In this document: positions 1 through 13,665 of the stretch, piece by piece | How positions within the stretch are numbered: position 1 is the first letter of the stretch | Layout of the letters: each line of letters begins with the position of its first letter | From: the human T2T-CHM13v2.0 reference genome, Homo sapiens | Direction: 5' to 3' (one strand) | NCBI RefSeq assembly: GCF_009914755.1 | Contig: NC_060948.1 | DNA length: 64,000 nucleotides | Position numbers and translations under genes: made by a program | Notes under the pieces: generated by a model | Seen by the model: the letters and a program-made list of their open reading frames with translations, nothing else | The model's database searches: none | What the model was told of the DNA's origin: nothing

Positions 1-149
1 CTGTTCAAATCCCGTGGACAATATTAAGTTTAAATATGTTTGCTCAGCAAGTCTTTGTAGAACTCTAAAAATCTGGAAAAATGGGGGTTATGCATGCAAT
101 CACCTGGCTAATCATAGATTCTTTTTAAAGAAAAACATGATGTCTTAGG

Positions 150-361
150 ATAGTACAGTTGAATAGAATTTGTGCAATAATGAAAATGTTCTACATCTGC
201 AGTGTCCAACGTAGTAGCTACTGGCCACATGGAGCTGTTGAGAACTTAAAATATGGGTAGTGCAAGTAGGAACTGATGTTTTAAATTAATCTAATTCATT
301 TAATTTAAATCTAAATTTAAATGCTCCTTTGGGGCTAATTACCATCATATTGAACAGAGTA
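150..361. mobile_element. MER3-like hAT-Charlie DNA transposon fossil
   Basis: Resembles the MER3 consensus as I recall it: aatagaa..tgaaaatgttctacatctgcagtgtccaa..gtagctactggccacatg..ttgagaacttaaaat..ggaactga, an AT-rich centre, and ..atattgaacag at the end. Ends are approximate. Confidence 0.7.
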
Positions 362-1974
362 GTTGTGAAACACAGAATAGCAATGGTGACATTATCCATT
401 AACTAATATGTACATTTCATTATCACCTTGAGAGTTAGAAAAATATATTTTTAAGATTATTGCCATTTCACATAAAGTAATTAAAAGACAGTGAGTATGC
501 TGATCTTGGATTTTTCATCTGACACAAGCTTGCCTTAATTTGCTTTGGAAAGCAAAGGCCAACTCAAAATTCAGACAAACACATAAAAGTAAAACCTAAA
601 TATATAAACAAGAAATGCACAAACATAAATACATAAATTTTAAAATTAAAACTTACATATTCGTTTTCCCAGATGTATTGTATTCATAAATTGGATAGTT
701 GGCTCCGAAACTTAAGAACTTTGGAACATTTTCCTTGTTCTTTTTATATTATATTATCTTTGTTTCTGTTTATGCAACCTCTAATAATAACTTACAATTT
801 CCCCTTATAGCTCTTATTAAAAATGTAGTGATTCTCTTAATGTAAATCCGTTAGTGTCAATACCATCATTAAATCCATAGTTATTGATTTTTCTTTCACC
901 TTAACTAGAACTTACCTTTTATCACATTAGTAAAATATGTTTACTCACCACCATAACCTTGGCATCTAGGAGAATGCTCTCACTATATTAGCCACTCAGT
1001 ATTGGAATGTCAAGGATTAAAAGAATAGTATTAAGTGCCATGGATTTTATGAAGTACAATTTAGAAACTATTTTTTCTACCCATAAATAGACATTTTGGA
1101 TTTGAACCTTCCTAAAAACCTCTTAGAATATCATTACAAAAATTAAATTATCATTAATCACTAAATTTGTTTAGATCAAATTATAGTAGTATGTTATGGT
1201 ATTTACTTACATTCAATGTTGTCATGAAATTCTATTTTTTCTTAAAATATGCAGTATATCAAATAATAGATTTTGCTTGCTAATTTTCAAATATAAATAC
1301 GTATAACATGAAAATGTTTTTCTTACTATATAATCAAGGAAAAGCCAGGTTGATTATTGCTCTATCTGAGTAAAATAGGAATAGAATGCTCACGTTTATT
1401 GTATGAATTAAAAACAAAATAACTAATATACTTTGGTTAGCTCTTGTGAAATGTTTTTTTAAATAACGTTGGAACAAACTAATGATTTTAATTAATATTT
1501 CTGAAATGCCATCTTAAATTTTGTAATAAACATCTAATTCCTCCACAAAGATATATTATGGCACTGCATTTGAATAAAAGTATAAGTGAATCTCAGCACC
1601 CCCCCAAAATCTGAAAGTTTGCAGAAATATCTTCAAGTAATTCATAAGAGGAAAAAATGAGATGCATTTGGATATTGTTTAAGACTATATATAGGCAATT
1701 ATAAGACAGGTAAATTTTTTAAAGATAATGTGATTGAAATACATTTATAAACTGATCATATATTCTAGCAGTCTCTGAAAACCTGGTATTATTTATTAGG
1801 TTCTAATTTTTAGGATCTTGTTTTAGACAGTGGTATGACAAAACTATAACCTCAGATCTTATCCTGTTCTTTTATGATACAGCACATAAATGAGAGATCA
1901 ATAACCAATCCATGCCACTTGTCCAGAACATGTATGTTAAAAATGTAGTAGAGAATTAAAAATTATTTAGATGT

Positions 1975-1976
<2 letters not shown>

Positions 1977-2012
<36 letters not shown>
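1977..2012. repeat. (GT)18 microsatellite
   Basis: Directly visible. Confidence 0.97.
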
Positions 2013-2014
<2 letters not shown>

Positions 2015-2220
2015 CTGTTCATAAATCACCCATGAATAGGAATCTTAAAGTCCTCCTCCGATCTTTTCTTCATACCCTCCAGTACCTTTTTATCTCATTC
2101 ATCTCTGTCATAATGCTGCAAGTAACACTGGACAGGAATCCTCCTCTCTCATTTCTCCTCGGTGAGCTGGCAAGATCACTACGTTTGTGTGTAGGGATCA
2201 TCTTATTGTAGTACAGGGAG

Positions 2221-2546
<326 letters not shown>

Positions 2547-3085
2547 GAGGGGATTGTTTTTTAAATATTCCCATACTGTGACTTTGTGGGCATGAATTGA
2601 AAATAGGTCCTATCCGAAGCTACCTTTTTCAATTTGAGATCTTGACCTGTGAATTTTAGTTCCTTGTGCTTGCATGTTAAAAAAAAAAAAAAAAAAAAAG
2701 TAAGAAAATAACATTGCATTGTTAATCTCTGAGATAATTTCATTTTAACTGTGTGTTCCTATGGGAAATATTGAAATTCTTTGTATTTTATACAAATTTA
2801 TATTTTAACCAGTTTGTGTATTTTTTTTCCATCTGCTAAAGGTTTTAGCTGTATTTATTAGATATGATACTTATGATGTTGTCTTGGAGGAATATTTTTA
2901 TTTCGGTGCTTACTTTGGTACTGAAAAAGCATCTTAGGCAACTGAAATCTACAGTAAAAAATATTTTAATTCATTTGGAATAATCTTGGATAATTCACTT
3001 ACAGCTTCATTTATCTTGCAAAAATTTAGTGACAATTCTTTTTAAAATTCTATATACTTTTTTCTTTTGAAAACTTAAATAGTTC

Positions 3086-3361
3086 GAAAACCAAACATTG
3101 TGTGTTCTCACTGATATATGGGTGCTAAGTTATGAGGACGCAAAGGCATAAGAATGATACGATGGACATTGGGGACTTTGGGGAAAGAGAAGGAAGGTGG
3201 TGAGGGATAAAAAACTACAAATATGGTGGAGTGTATATTGCTCCAGTGATGGGTGCACCAAAATCTCACAAATCACCACTAAAGAATTTACTCATGTAAC
3301 CAAATACCACCTGAACCCCAATAACTTATGGAAAAATGAAATAAAAAATTAATTAATTAAA
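3086..3361 (+). mobile_element. 5'-truncated L1PB-like 3' end
   Basis: L1PB-type 3'UTR (gaggacgcaaaggcataagaatgatacgatggac...aaaatctcacaaatcaccactaaagaa); A-rich tail; TSD AAAACTTAAATAGTTC at 3070-3085 and AAAACTGAAATAGTTC at 3362-3377. Confidence 0.85.
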
Positions 3362-3749
3362 AAAACTGAAATAGTTCACATAATTTAAAAAAACTTAAAT
3401 AGCTCACATAAATAAGTTACATATATTACCATAAAATGCTACAATCTGAAGCCTCCTGTCCCCAGAACATCTTCTAGTACAGTTCTCTAATTTTACAAAT
3501 ATCAAGAAAAGTAAAGTAACTTGCTTGTAATCACGATATTTGTTATAGGCAGAGTTGAGACTTAGAACTGAAGTCTTCTGGCACCTATTTCTGAACTGAT
3601 CCCATTATTTTATGTGGCTTCAAGAAACTGAAAATTGTTCTCATTAGATAAGCTAACATAAGTTAAATTATATTTTATTATTCACATTAATATTAATATA
3701 TTAATTTATATTAACATAAGTTAATTCTGTTTCATTGCATGTTTTCCAG

Positions 3750-6242
3750 AGTCAAAACATTTTTGGCCTCGATGTCATTGAAACACCAGAAGGAGACAAG
3801 ATGCCACAACTGATTGTTCAAAAGGAGTTAGATAGGGAAGAGAAGGATACCTATGTGATGAAAGTAAAGGTTGAAGATGGTGGCTTTCCTCAAAGATCCA
3901 GTACTGCTATTTTGCAAGTAAGTGTTACTGATACAAATGACAACCACCCAGTCTTTAAGGAGACAGAGATTGAAGTCAGTATACCAGAAAATGCTCCTGT
4001 AGGCACTTCAGTGACACAGCTCCATGCCACAGATGCTGACATAGGTGAAAATGCCAAGATCCACTTCTCTTTCAGCAATCTAGTCTCCAACATTGCCAGG
4101 AGATTATTTCACCTCAATGCCACCACTGGACTTATCACAATCAAAGAACCACTGGATAGGGAAGAAACACCAAACCACAAGTTACTGGTTTTGGCAAGTG
4201 ATGGTGGATTGATGCCAGCAAGAGCAATGGTGCTGGTAAATGTTACAGATGTCAATGATAATGTCCCATCCATTGACATAAGATACATCGTCAATCCTGT
4301 CAATGACACAGTTGTTCTTTCAGAAAATATTCCACTCAACACCAAAATTGCTCTCATAACTGTGACGGATAAGGATGCGGACCATAATGGCAGGGTGACA
4401 TGCTTCACAGATCATGAAATTCCTTTCAGATTAAGGCCAGTATTCAGTAATCAGTTCCTCCTGGAGAATGCAGCATATCTTGACTATGAGTCCACAAAAG
4501 AATATGCCATTAAATTACTGGCTGCAGATGCTGGCAAACCTCCTTTGAATCAGTCAGCAATGCTCTTCATCAAAGTGAAAGATGAAAATGACAATGCTCC
4601 AGTTTTCACCCAGTCTTTCGTAACTGTTTCTATTCCTGAGAATAACTCTCCTGGCATCCAGTTGATGAAAGTAAGTGCAACGGATGCAGACAGTGGGCCT
4701 AATGCTGAGATCAATTACCTGCTAGGCCCTGATGCTCCACCTGAATTCAGCCTGGATCGTCGTACAGGCATGCTGACTGTAGTGAAGAAACTAGATAGAG
4801 AAAAAGAGGATAAATATTTATTCACAATTCTGGCAAAAGATAATGGGGTACCACCCTTAACCAGCAATGTCACAGTCTTTGTAAGCATTATTGATCAGAA
4901 TGACAATAGCCCAGTTTTCACTCACAATGAATACAAATTCTATGTCCCAGAAAACCTTCCAAGGCATGGTACAGTAGGACTAATCACTGTAACTGATCCT
5001 GATTATGGAGACAATTCTGCAGTTACGCTCTCCATTTTAGATGAGAATGATGACTTCACCATTGATTCACAAACTGGTGTCATCCGACCAAATATTTCAT
5101 TTGATAGAGAAAAACAAGAATCTTACACTTTCTATGTAAAGGCTGAGGATGGTGGTAGAGTATCACGTTCTTCAAGTGCCAAAGTAACCATAAATGTGGT
5201 TGATGTCAATGACAACAAACCAGTTTTCATTGTCCCTCCTTACAACTATTCTTATGAATTGGTTCTACCGTCCACTAATCCAGGCACAGTGGTCTTTCAG
5301 GTAATTGCTGTTGACAATGACACTGGCATGAATGCAGAGGTTCGTTACAGCATTGTAGGAGGAAACACAAGAGATCTGTTTGCAATCGACCAAGAAACAG
5401 GCAACATAACATTGATGGAGAAATGTGATGTTACAGACCTTGGTTTACACAGAGTGTTGGTCAAAGCTAATGACTTAGGACAGCCTGATTCTCTCTTCAG
5501 TGTTGTAATTGTCAATCTGTTCGTGAATGAGTCAGTGACCAATGCTACACTGATTAATGAACTGGTGCGCAAAAGCATTGAAGCACCAGTGACCCCAAAT
5601 ACTGAGATAGCTGATGTATCCTCACCAACTAGTGACTATGTCAAGATCCTGGTTGCAGCTGTTGCTGGCACCATAACTGTCGTTGTAGTTATTTTCATCA
5701 CTGCTGTAGTAAGATGTCGCCAGGCACCACACCTTAAGGCTGCTCAGAAAAACATGCAGAATTCTGAATGGGCTACCCCAAACCCAGAAAACAGGCAGAT
5801 GATAATGATGAAGAAAAAGAAAAAGAAGAAGAAGCATTCCCCTAAGAACCTGCTGCTTAATTTTGTCACTATTGAAGAAACTAAGGCAGATGATGTTGAC
5901 AGTGATGGAAACAGAGTCACACTAGACCTTCCTATTGATCTAGAAGAGCAAACAATGGGAAAGTACAATTGGGTAACTACACCTACTACTTTCAAGCCTG
6001 ACAGCCCTGATTTGGCCCGACACTACAAATCTGCCTCTCCACAGCCTGCCTTCCAAATTCAGCCTGAAACTCCCCTGAATTTGAAGCACCACATCATCCA
6101 AGAACTGCCTCTCGATAACACCTTTGTGGCCTGTGACTCTATCTCCAAGTGTTCCTCAAGCAGTTCAGATCCCTACAGCGTTTCTGACTGTGGCTATCCA
6201 GTGACAACCTTCGAGGTACCTGTGTCCGTACACACCAGACCG
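3750..6242 (+). CDS. PCDH11Y: Protocadherin-11 large internal coding exon (831 codons, SQNIFG...VHTRP): cadherin repeats (part of EC2 to EC7), TM helix, poly-Lys tract, proximal cytoplasmic domain. Residues favour the Y copy.
   Basis: Acceptor gttttccag|AGT at 3749/3750 and donor CCG|gtaggt at 6242/6243, both phase 0. The ORF has LDRE, DxDxG and five DxNDN motifs, [24 protein letters not shown] (5646-5711) and K8 (5811-5834). From memory, [45 protein letters not shown] and PLNLKH match PCDH11Y rather than human PCDH11X. The ORF-track start at 3735 (TTG) is intronic. Confidence 0.93.
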
Positions 6243-6275
6243 GTAGGTATCCAAGTTTCTAACACAACTTTCTAA
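6243..6275 (+). CDS. PCDH11Y: Intron read-through C-terminus [10 protein letters not shown] (short PCDH11 isoform when the 6243 donor is not used)
   Basis: The frame continues past the donor to TAA at 6273-6275 and matches the short PCDH11X isoform ending I recall. Possible polyA signals: ATTAAA 6608, AATAAA 6995, AATAAA 7318. Confidence 0.7.
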   Translation, partial: VGIQVSNTTF

Positions 6276-9200
6276 CTATTTTTTTATGATTATTTTCAGT
6301 TGATGTAGAACTTTACAAAATCTATTGACTTCAAAGAGGGATCAAAACAATCATATTCTACAGATGTACCCAATAGATATATGGATTCAATTAAGTTTGG
6401 TAGAAGATGAGAACAAAATAACTACTGATTTAGGAAAATTGGATGCAGAATAATAATTATAGTAGGGGCAATTTTGTCTGTAGATGGCAGTATGACAATT
6501 CTTGCTAGAAAATATATTGAAAAAAACTTCAACACAAAGGGTTGTAGCACTGTCCTCAGTACCATTGTGGGCATGAGGATCAGAATAGTCTGGGCTAGAT
6601 ACATCACATTAAAGCTTTTCAGAATCTGATAAATAGCTCTAAATACTAATGATATTGAGAAGCCTAGCTTCACTTGGGAAAATCTGTGGCTGTTCACAGA
6701 AATTCAGCACCAAGATATTCCCCCCATACTCTACCAGGCCTTCAGGTCCTCATAAAGAAAAGTGTCGTTTTCAGATTAGGAACTCAAAATTATTTTGGTG
6801 CATCAAATCTACAGTAACACAATATAACAAGAATGGGATTAGAAAAATGAAAGCCTACTCATTCTCATCTTTAAGCCAGAGAATGAAATATATATGAGGT
6901 CTCTACTTTAGATAGCTATTTAAATATTTGCATATTTATGCAAGGTATTTTGAGCCCTTCAGAAGACATTCTTAAAAGATAATAACTTTTGGAAAATAAA
7001 ATGCTTGCTTTCTCTAATGGGCACAAAGAAAACTGTGGGCATATTAAGACCCAAGAAATCTGTGCACAATAACTTAAAACCCAATACATTTATGAAAGCA
7101 AGAGTTTATCCAGTGCCTTTTATCAGTGTTCCATGAAGAAATGAATACAAATTTATCCAGAAACTCTTAAATGTTGAATGATTTAAATATAATTGTTCCC
7201 TTTAAAAATACAAGCAATGGAATTTACCCACATATTTTTCTCGAAGTCATGCTACATGTTGAGTTTATTATTTTGTTTGTGTTAACTCTTAAAAAAGTAT
7301 TAATCTTAGTTTCAGGGAATAAAGTCTTTTGAACACCTATTCAGGCTTAACAAAATAGTAGCAATGTGAAAATCAAAACTGATTTTCTTTCACCAAAAGT
7401 TCGAGATATTAAAGAAGGCTACTGGATTCAAGATAGCAATGCAAATAGTTTACCATAACTTTGGAAATGGGTTTAAGAATGGAGGTCATTCAAGCATAAG
7501 CGCAGTTATATAATACGATAACATTAACTTTTCTCTCTGAATCACACAGTGAACGTAAGGTACTAATTCAGATGTGGGTGCATTTTTGTTACAGTAGGTA
7601 CACAATTAAATGCTGTTTCAAAAGGTAAACTAGAACCCTAGTGTCTGTATAGAGAGCTTCTGTTAGACTTTAAAAGAATTTACGCTGCAGTTGTTATTTC
7701 TACAGTTTAGATGAATCCCATATTTTACATAGTTAGTGGATCTGGGATGGGCAACAAATGTTAAGAGATGTCGAACATCTCCACAGGGTGTGTTTTTGTT
7801 TATATTTAACCATTAAAAAGGGCACTCTCATTTTCAAATTCTTATTGCTATTCTGCTTATTGGATAAGTTTCTCAACATAAAAGTATCTTTTATGACTAA
7901 CACTACATGATTTGGGTATAATAACATTTTTTCCTGGGTTTAATTTGTGACTTTCTTTAAGAAATGTACAAAGAGTGGGTTTGTGAATTACGTATGTAGA
8001 TCATCATTTTTAACAGAGTTAATGAAGTTAATTAATAAAGCAAGTTCTGGTTTCAGTGCTTTTTGAAGGCACAGAGATATTTTATGAGCTAGACTGATTT
8101 TACTTGAGTTTATGAACACATAGCAAGGAGGGCATGGATGAAGAACAAAAAACTGAAGTATTTTTCAAATATCCTCACTTTTTTGTTTTTTTAAAAATAT
8201 TTTGTAATCCTAAAAAGTCATTAAAAATAATAAACTTTTTCCATGACACATTTTATATCATATAACTAAGAGACATTTTCTGAATCATAAGAATTAGTCA
8301 AAATACAAAAAAGTAAATGCTAATGAGAATCAGTTATTGGTTGTTATTAGGTTTTTATTAACTGAAAGGACTATCTTAGAATCATTGAATTAGCAGATGA
8401 CTTATTATTTCACAGCTTAAAAAGTAAATAAATTATATATTTTATTATTGGTTCACAGTTGTTTCATATTCGTTACTAAATATCTTCAAGACATGAATTG
8501 GTGAACTTAGGCAGACTAATATGATACTAAAAATAATTTGAATCTTTACATTTTGTGCTACATTTGCAATGTTCTTTACCTTTTCTATATGCTCTTCAAT
8601 TTGTGTTTAATGTTAGGGTGTTCACTGATGTTGCAGAATGCTAGCAAAATAACTGAGCACTGAAAAAGAAATTATGTATTTAAAAATTCAAATGCAGTAG
8701 GTGTCTTCTTTTTAAAGAAATATCATACAAAATGGGAGAAGTGACAGCCAATACAATACAAATTCATTGTTCCTTAAGGAAATACTTAGAGTGGAATAAA
8801 ATATTACTGTTAGCAGAAGGCAGAATTATTCCAATTTATTTTAAACAGTGAGAAATGCATTTTCAAAATGAGGGTTTGGGGAATATTTACAGTTAGTTCA
8901 TTACTCATCTGTATAGAAACAGGAAAGTGGAAAATAAAATGTTCTAGTAGACTATAAGAGACAAGGGAATTCATCTGAAATTTTATGTTTTATAAAGGGA
9001 ATCAAATACTTTCTAGTTCTCATAATTTCTCATTCTCCTTGATCATTCTATAGGTTGTTTTTCTGACTTGGATGTTCTGAAAATATATGGAACATTTATT
9101 AGATAGGAGTACGTATATTGCATAAAGCCATCTATACCTGGGGAATATAATGGTCGTCTTTGGCATAAGTTTCTACATGTATTATGGAAGGCATTTTTGT

Positions 9201-9878
9201 ATACATTGTAGTAGAAATTTTAAAAACATGAAATTTGAGAGGATGAGGCTACACATTATCTTCTATTAACACCTTCCAAAGCAAGCAGATAGCAATTGGT
9301 TGTTATGACACTAGAGAAACCATAAGTATAAATAATTATTTTAAAATCACTTTTGATCAATGTCATATAAAAGAGATAAACTGCCAAAACCAAGTCTTGC
9401 TTAATACAATTCACCCATTAAATATTGTGAAGACTATACATTTTAAAAAAAATAGAGAGGAGAATAAAAATGAAAGTAGAATTTTTGAAGGTCTTCCAGT
9501 CACTGTCTAAGACAAGTATTTGGGGTACATCATTTTCCAAAAAACAAACAAACAAACAAAAAACCTTACAAGTTTCTGTGATTTGAGTTGGAATAGTCTT
9601 TCAGTTTCAGAAATGAGGTGAATGAATGGTGAAAACTTTAGACAGTTCTAATTCATGCATGAAACCATCCTGTAGATATGATACATGGATTTGAAATGAT
9701 AATTGCAGTCTGAGTTAGCTTGGAATAGGATTGGTATTCGCTATTGTAAAATTCAGTAACTTTGATTCTGCATTTATATTTTGGTAATGCAAATTTTAAC
9801 CATGAAGCATGCTTGGCAAATGAAACTCCTAGAACACAACCATCTGATTTTGATAACCTGTTATTTTTCTTGTCCTAG

Positions 9879-9896
9879 ACTGATTCCAGGACATGA
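9879..9896 (+). CDS. PCDH11Y: Alternative terminal coding exon TDSRT* followed by 3'UTR
   Basis: Polypyrimidine acceptor ttatttttcttgtcctag|ACT GAT TCC AGG ACA TGA; phase 0, compatible with the 6242 donor; gives the ...HTRPTDSRT end I recall for short PCDH11Y isoforms. Confidence 0.85.
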   Translation, partial: TDSRT

Positions 9897-10495
9897 ACTA
9901 TTGAAATCTGCAGTGAGATGTAACTTTCTAGGAACAACAAAATTCCATTCCCCTTCCAAAAAATTTCAATGATTGTGATTTCAAAATTAGGCTAAGATCA
10001 TTAATTTTGTAATCTAGATTTCCCATTATAAAAGCAAGCAAAAATCATCTTAAAAATGATGTCCTAGTGAACCTTGTGCTTTCTTTAGCTGTAATCTGGC
10101 AATGGAAATTTAAAATTTATGGAAGAGACAGTGCAGCGCAATAACAGAGTACTCTCATGCTGTTTCTCTGTTTGCTCTGAATCAACAGCCATGATGTAAT
10201 ATAAGGCTGTCTTGGTGTATACACTTATGGTTAATATATCAGTCATGAAACATGCAATTACTTGCCCTGTCTGATTGTTGAATAATTAAAACATTATCTC
10301 CAGGAGTTTGGAAGTGAGCTGAACTAGCCAAACTACTCTCTGAAAGGTATCCAGGGCAAGAGACATTTTTAAGACCCCAAACAAACAAAAAACAAAACCA
10401 AAACACTCTGGTTCAGTGTTTTGAAAATATTGACTAACATAATATTGCTGAGAAAATCATTTTTATTACCCACCACTCTGCTTAAAAGTTGAGTG

Positions 10496-10860
<365 letters not shown>

Positions 10861-10866
10861 TTATTA

Positions 10867-11267
<401 letters not shown>

Positions 11268-13312
11268 CTATTTTTATCTGTCAAAAGGAGAATGTAAAGT
11301 TCTTTATACTCCCTGATATTTTGAAAAAAAGTATATTGATATTTCTTATATTACGAAACATAATTCCAGTCATATGAGGGTGGAAACAACGATTGAGATA
11401 GGAGATTTCAAAAAGATTTTATCTCAACTTTGAAACTACCTAAGAAAAATGTGAGGTTGCTAGAGTAACTTATTTAAATAAGTCTGTTTTATTTCTCTAG
11501 CATTAAATTACTAAATATACATCATTGCTTTGAGTAATTTTTCCTTTAAAATGAATTCACTTTTCACAGTAAGTCAACTAACTCATTTCCTACACGAATG
11601 AGACAATGCCTCATATTTTGTGTACATTATATTTTATTGAGGAAAGAATGACATGTTCCAATTTTATGCTATATTCTTAAACTATTTATGACTTACTAAC
11701 AGTACTAACAGAATTTTTTAAAATCATGATTTATTGGGATAAAAAGGGAGTACAAAGGACCCTTATAATGATTACATAGCATATGCTTCCTGAATTTTAA
11801 TTCAAATGTTAATTATGTATCATTTTACCTTTAAAAGTGTGAATAGGATTTGGTCTGTTTTGTATGTACATTAACGTTAGTGTATTATTTGAAGTGTTCT
11901 TTGATGTGAATGTATTTAGAAAAGGTTTATGCTCTGTTCAGTATTTCAAATTAGTGTAATTCTTGGATATTTAATATATAGGTAATATTTTAAACAAGTT
12001 TCTGTTAAAATTTAGTGTTCCCATTAACTCGGTACAGAATCCCTTGTATTTCCAATATGTCAGGTTCCATGAATGTACATGCTATCTGGTTGTTTAAACA
12101 TTACTTAGTTGATTATAATGACTGTGAGTATAACTACTTTTACTGCTTATGGTAGATATCATGTGAGTTACAATATTATATTACATACTCTTAAACAACT
12201 GTTGTAGAAAAGTTGCTTGAAATTAAAATACACACTTGTACAAGTTATTCACATAGAACAAGTTTACAGTTCCTCCCCTTTTATTCTTGATAAATATTTC
12301 AGTTTAGTTCAAATCATTCCAAGGAATGTAAAAATTGAGTCAACTTATTATATTCCTAAAATCAGTGCCCTGCAGGTAGTAAGATATACCTAGAGTGGAG
12401 GTTTCCAAAATCTACAGTCTCAATTTAATTTTGAATAAAATGACGAAGCCCAGAAAAGTGAATCAGAAGTTGAAGTGTCCCATAATAAGCTGTCATGGCT
12501 TCATGATCATTTGTGTATGTAATTATTATAAAAATGCATTTGCATTTTTATTGCTTGTGTCATGACTAGCCTGGCCTTTCCTTTCCTTTTCTGCACACAC
12601 TGAACTAAGGGAGAATACCTTGTTTTTCTTCCATTTCAGTGAACCTTTCCTTCATAACTGCAATGAGTAAAGGTCCTAATCACTCCTTTGTATATATGAA
12701 GATGAAAATTCCTTGAAATAATTATCCAGAATTTCTTTAAAAGCATTCCTCAATGGTTTTATGGGTGCTGTATTTGAAGAAGATTAAAATAGAAACTTTA
12801 TTTTAAAGCTATGACTCCATCTCTTAGAATGCAGCGTCTCTGAGAAAGGAACTTCTAAACTGACTTCTGCTTTGGGCTAAAATATTTACCCATATAAGCC
12901 AATGATAGTATAGAGATTTAACAGTATTTAAATTTGGGCCATAGATGAAAATGAATTCTACTTTTGACTAGTAACTATTCTTGATCCATCCTTTGCTTTT
13001 GTTTGAGAGAATATTATCTCTATTTGAGAACAACATGGAAGGCATTGAAACTAGTTTTCCACAAAGGCCAGAGGACAAAAATATTTATTTCCTTACTTGA
13101 TTCCTTATCAGTTGACCTGGTCGCACCTTTAATTTAATTGATATTATTATTACGTTTGCCTTGCAAGTTCTCAGATATCTCCAACCTTTTGTGTTGTCAT
13201 TCATCGACTACGGGAATATTCTCAATGAAATGTCCTTGATGGTCTCTCTGGTTCTTATTCTAGTCATGAAAAGGAAAAGACAAAAAGATAGCAAATCTTA
13301 AAACTAGTCATC

Positions 13313-13665
<353 letters not shown>

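Noticed and set aside
3735-3749. ORF-track start 'MHVFQ' of the 846-aa ORF
   Set aside because: It is a TTG inside the intron's polypyrimidine tract; the exon begins at 3750 and the true N-terminus lies upstream of the window.
3890-5995. Minus-strand ORFs overlapping the cadherin exon
   Set aside because: Antisense shadows of the coding frame with no recognisable domains.
6703-6723. REST/RE1-like TTCAGCACC
   Set aside because: Only the left half-site matches; the right half (GGACAG) is absent.
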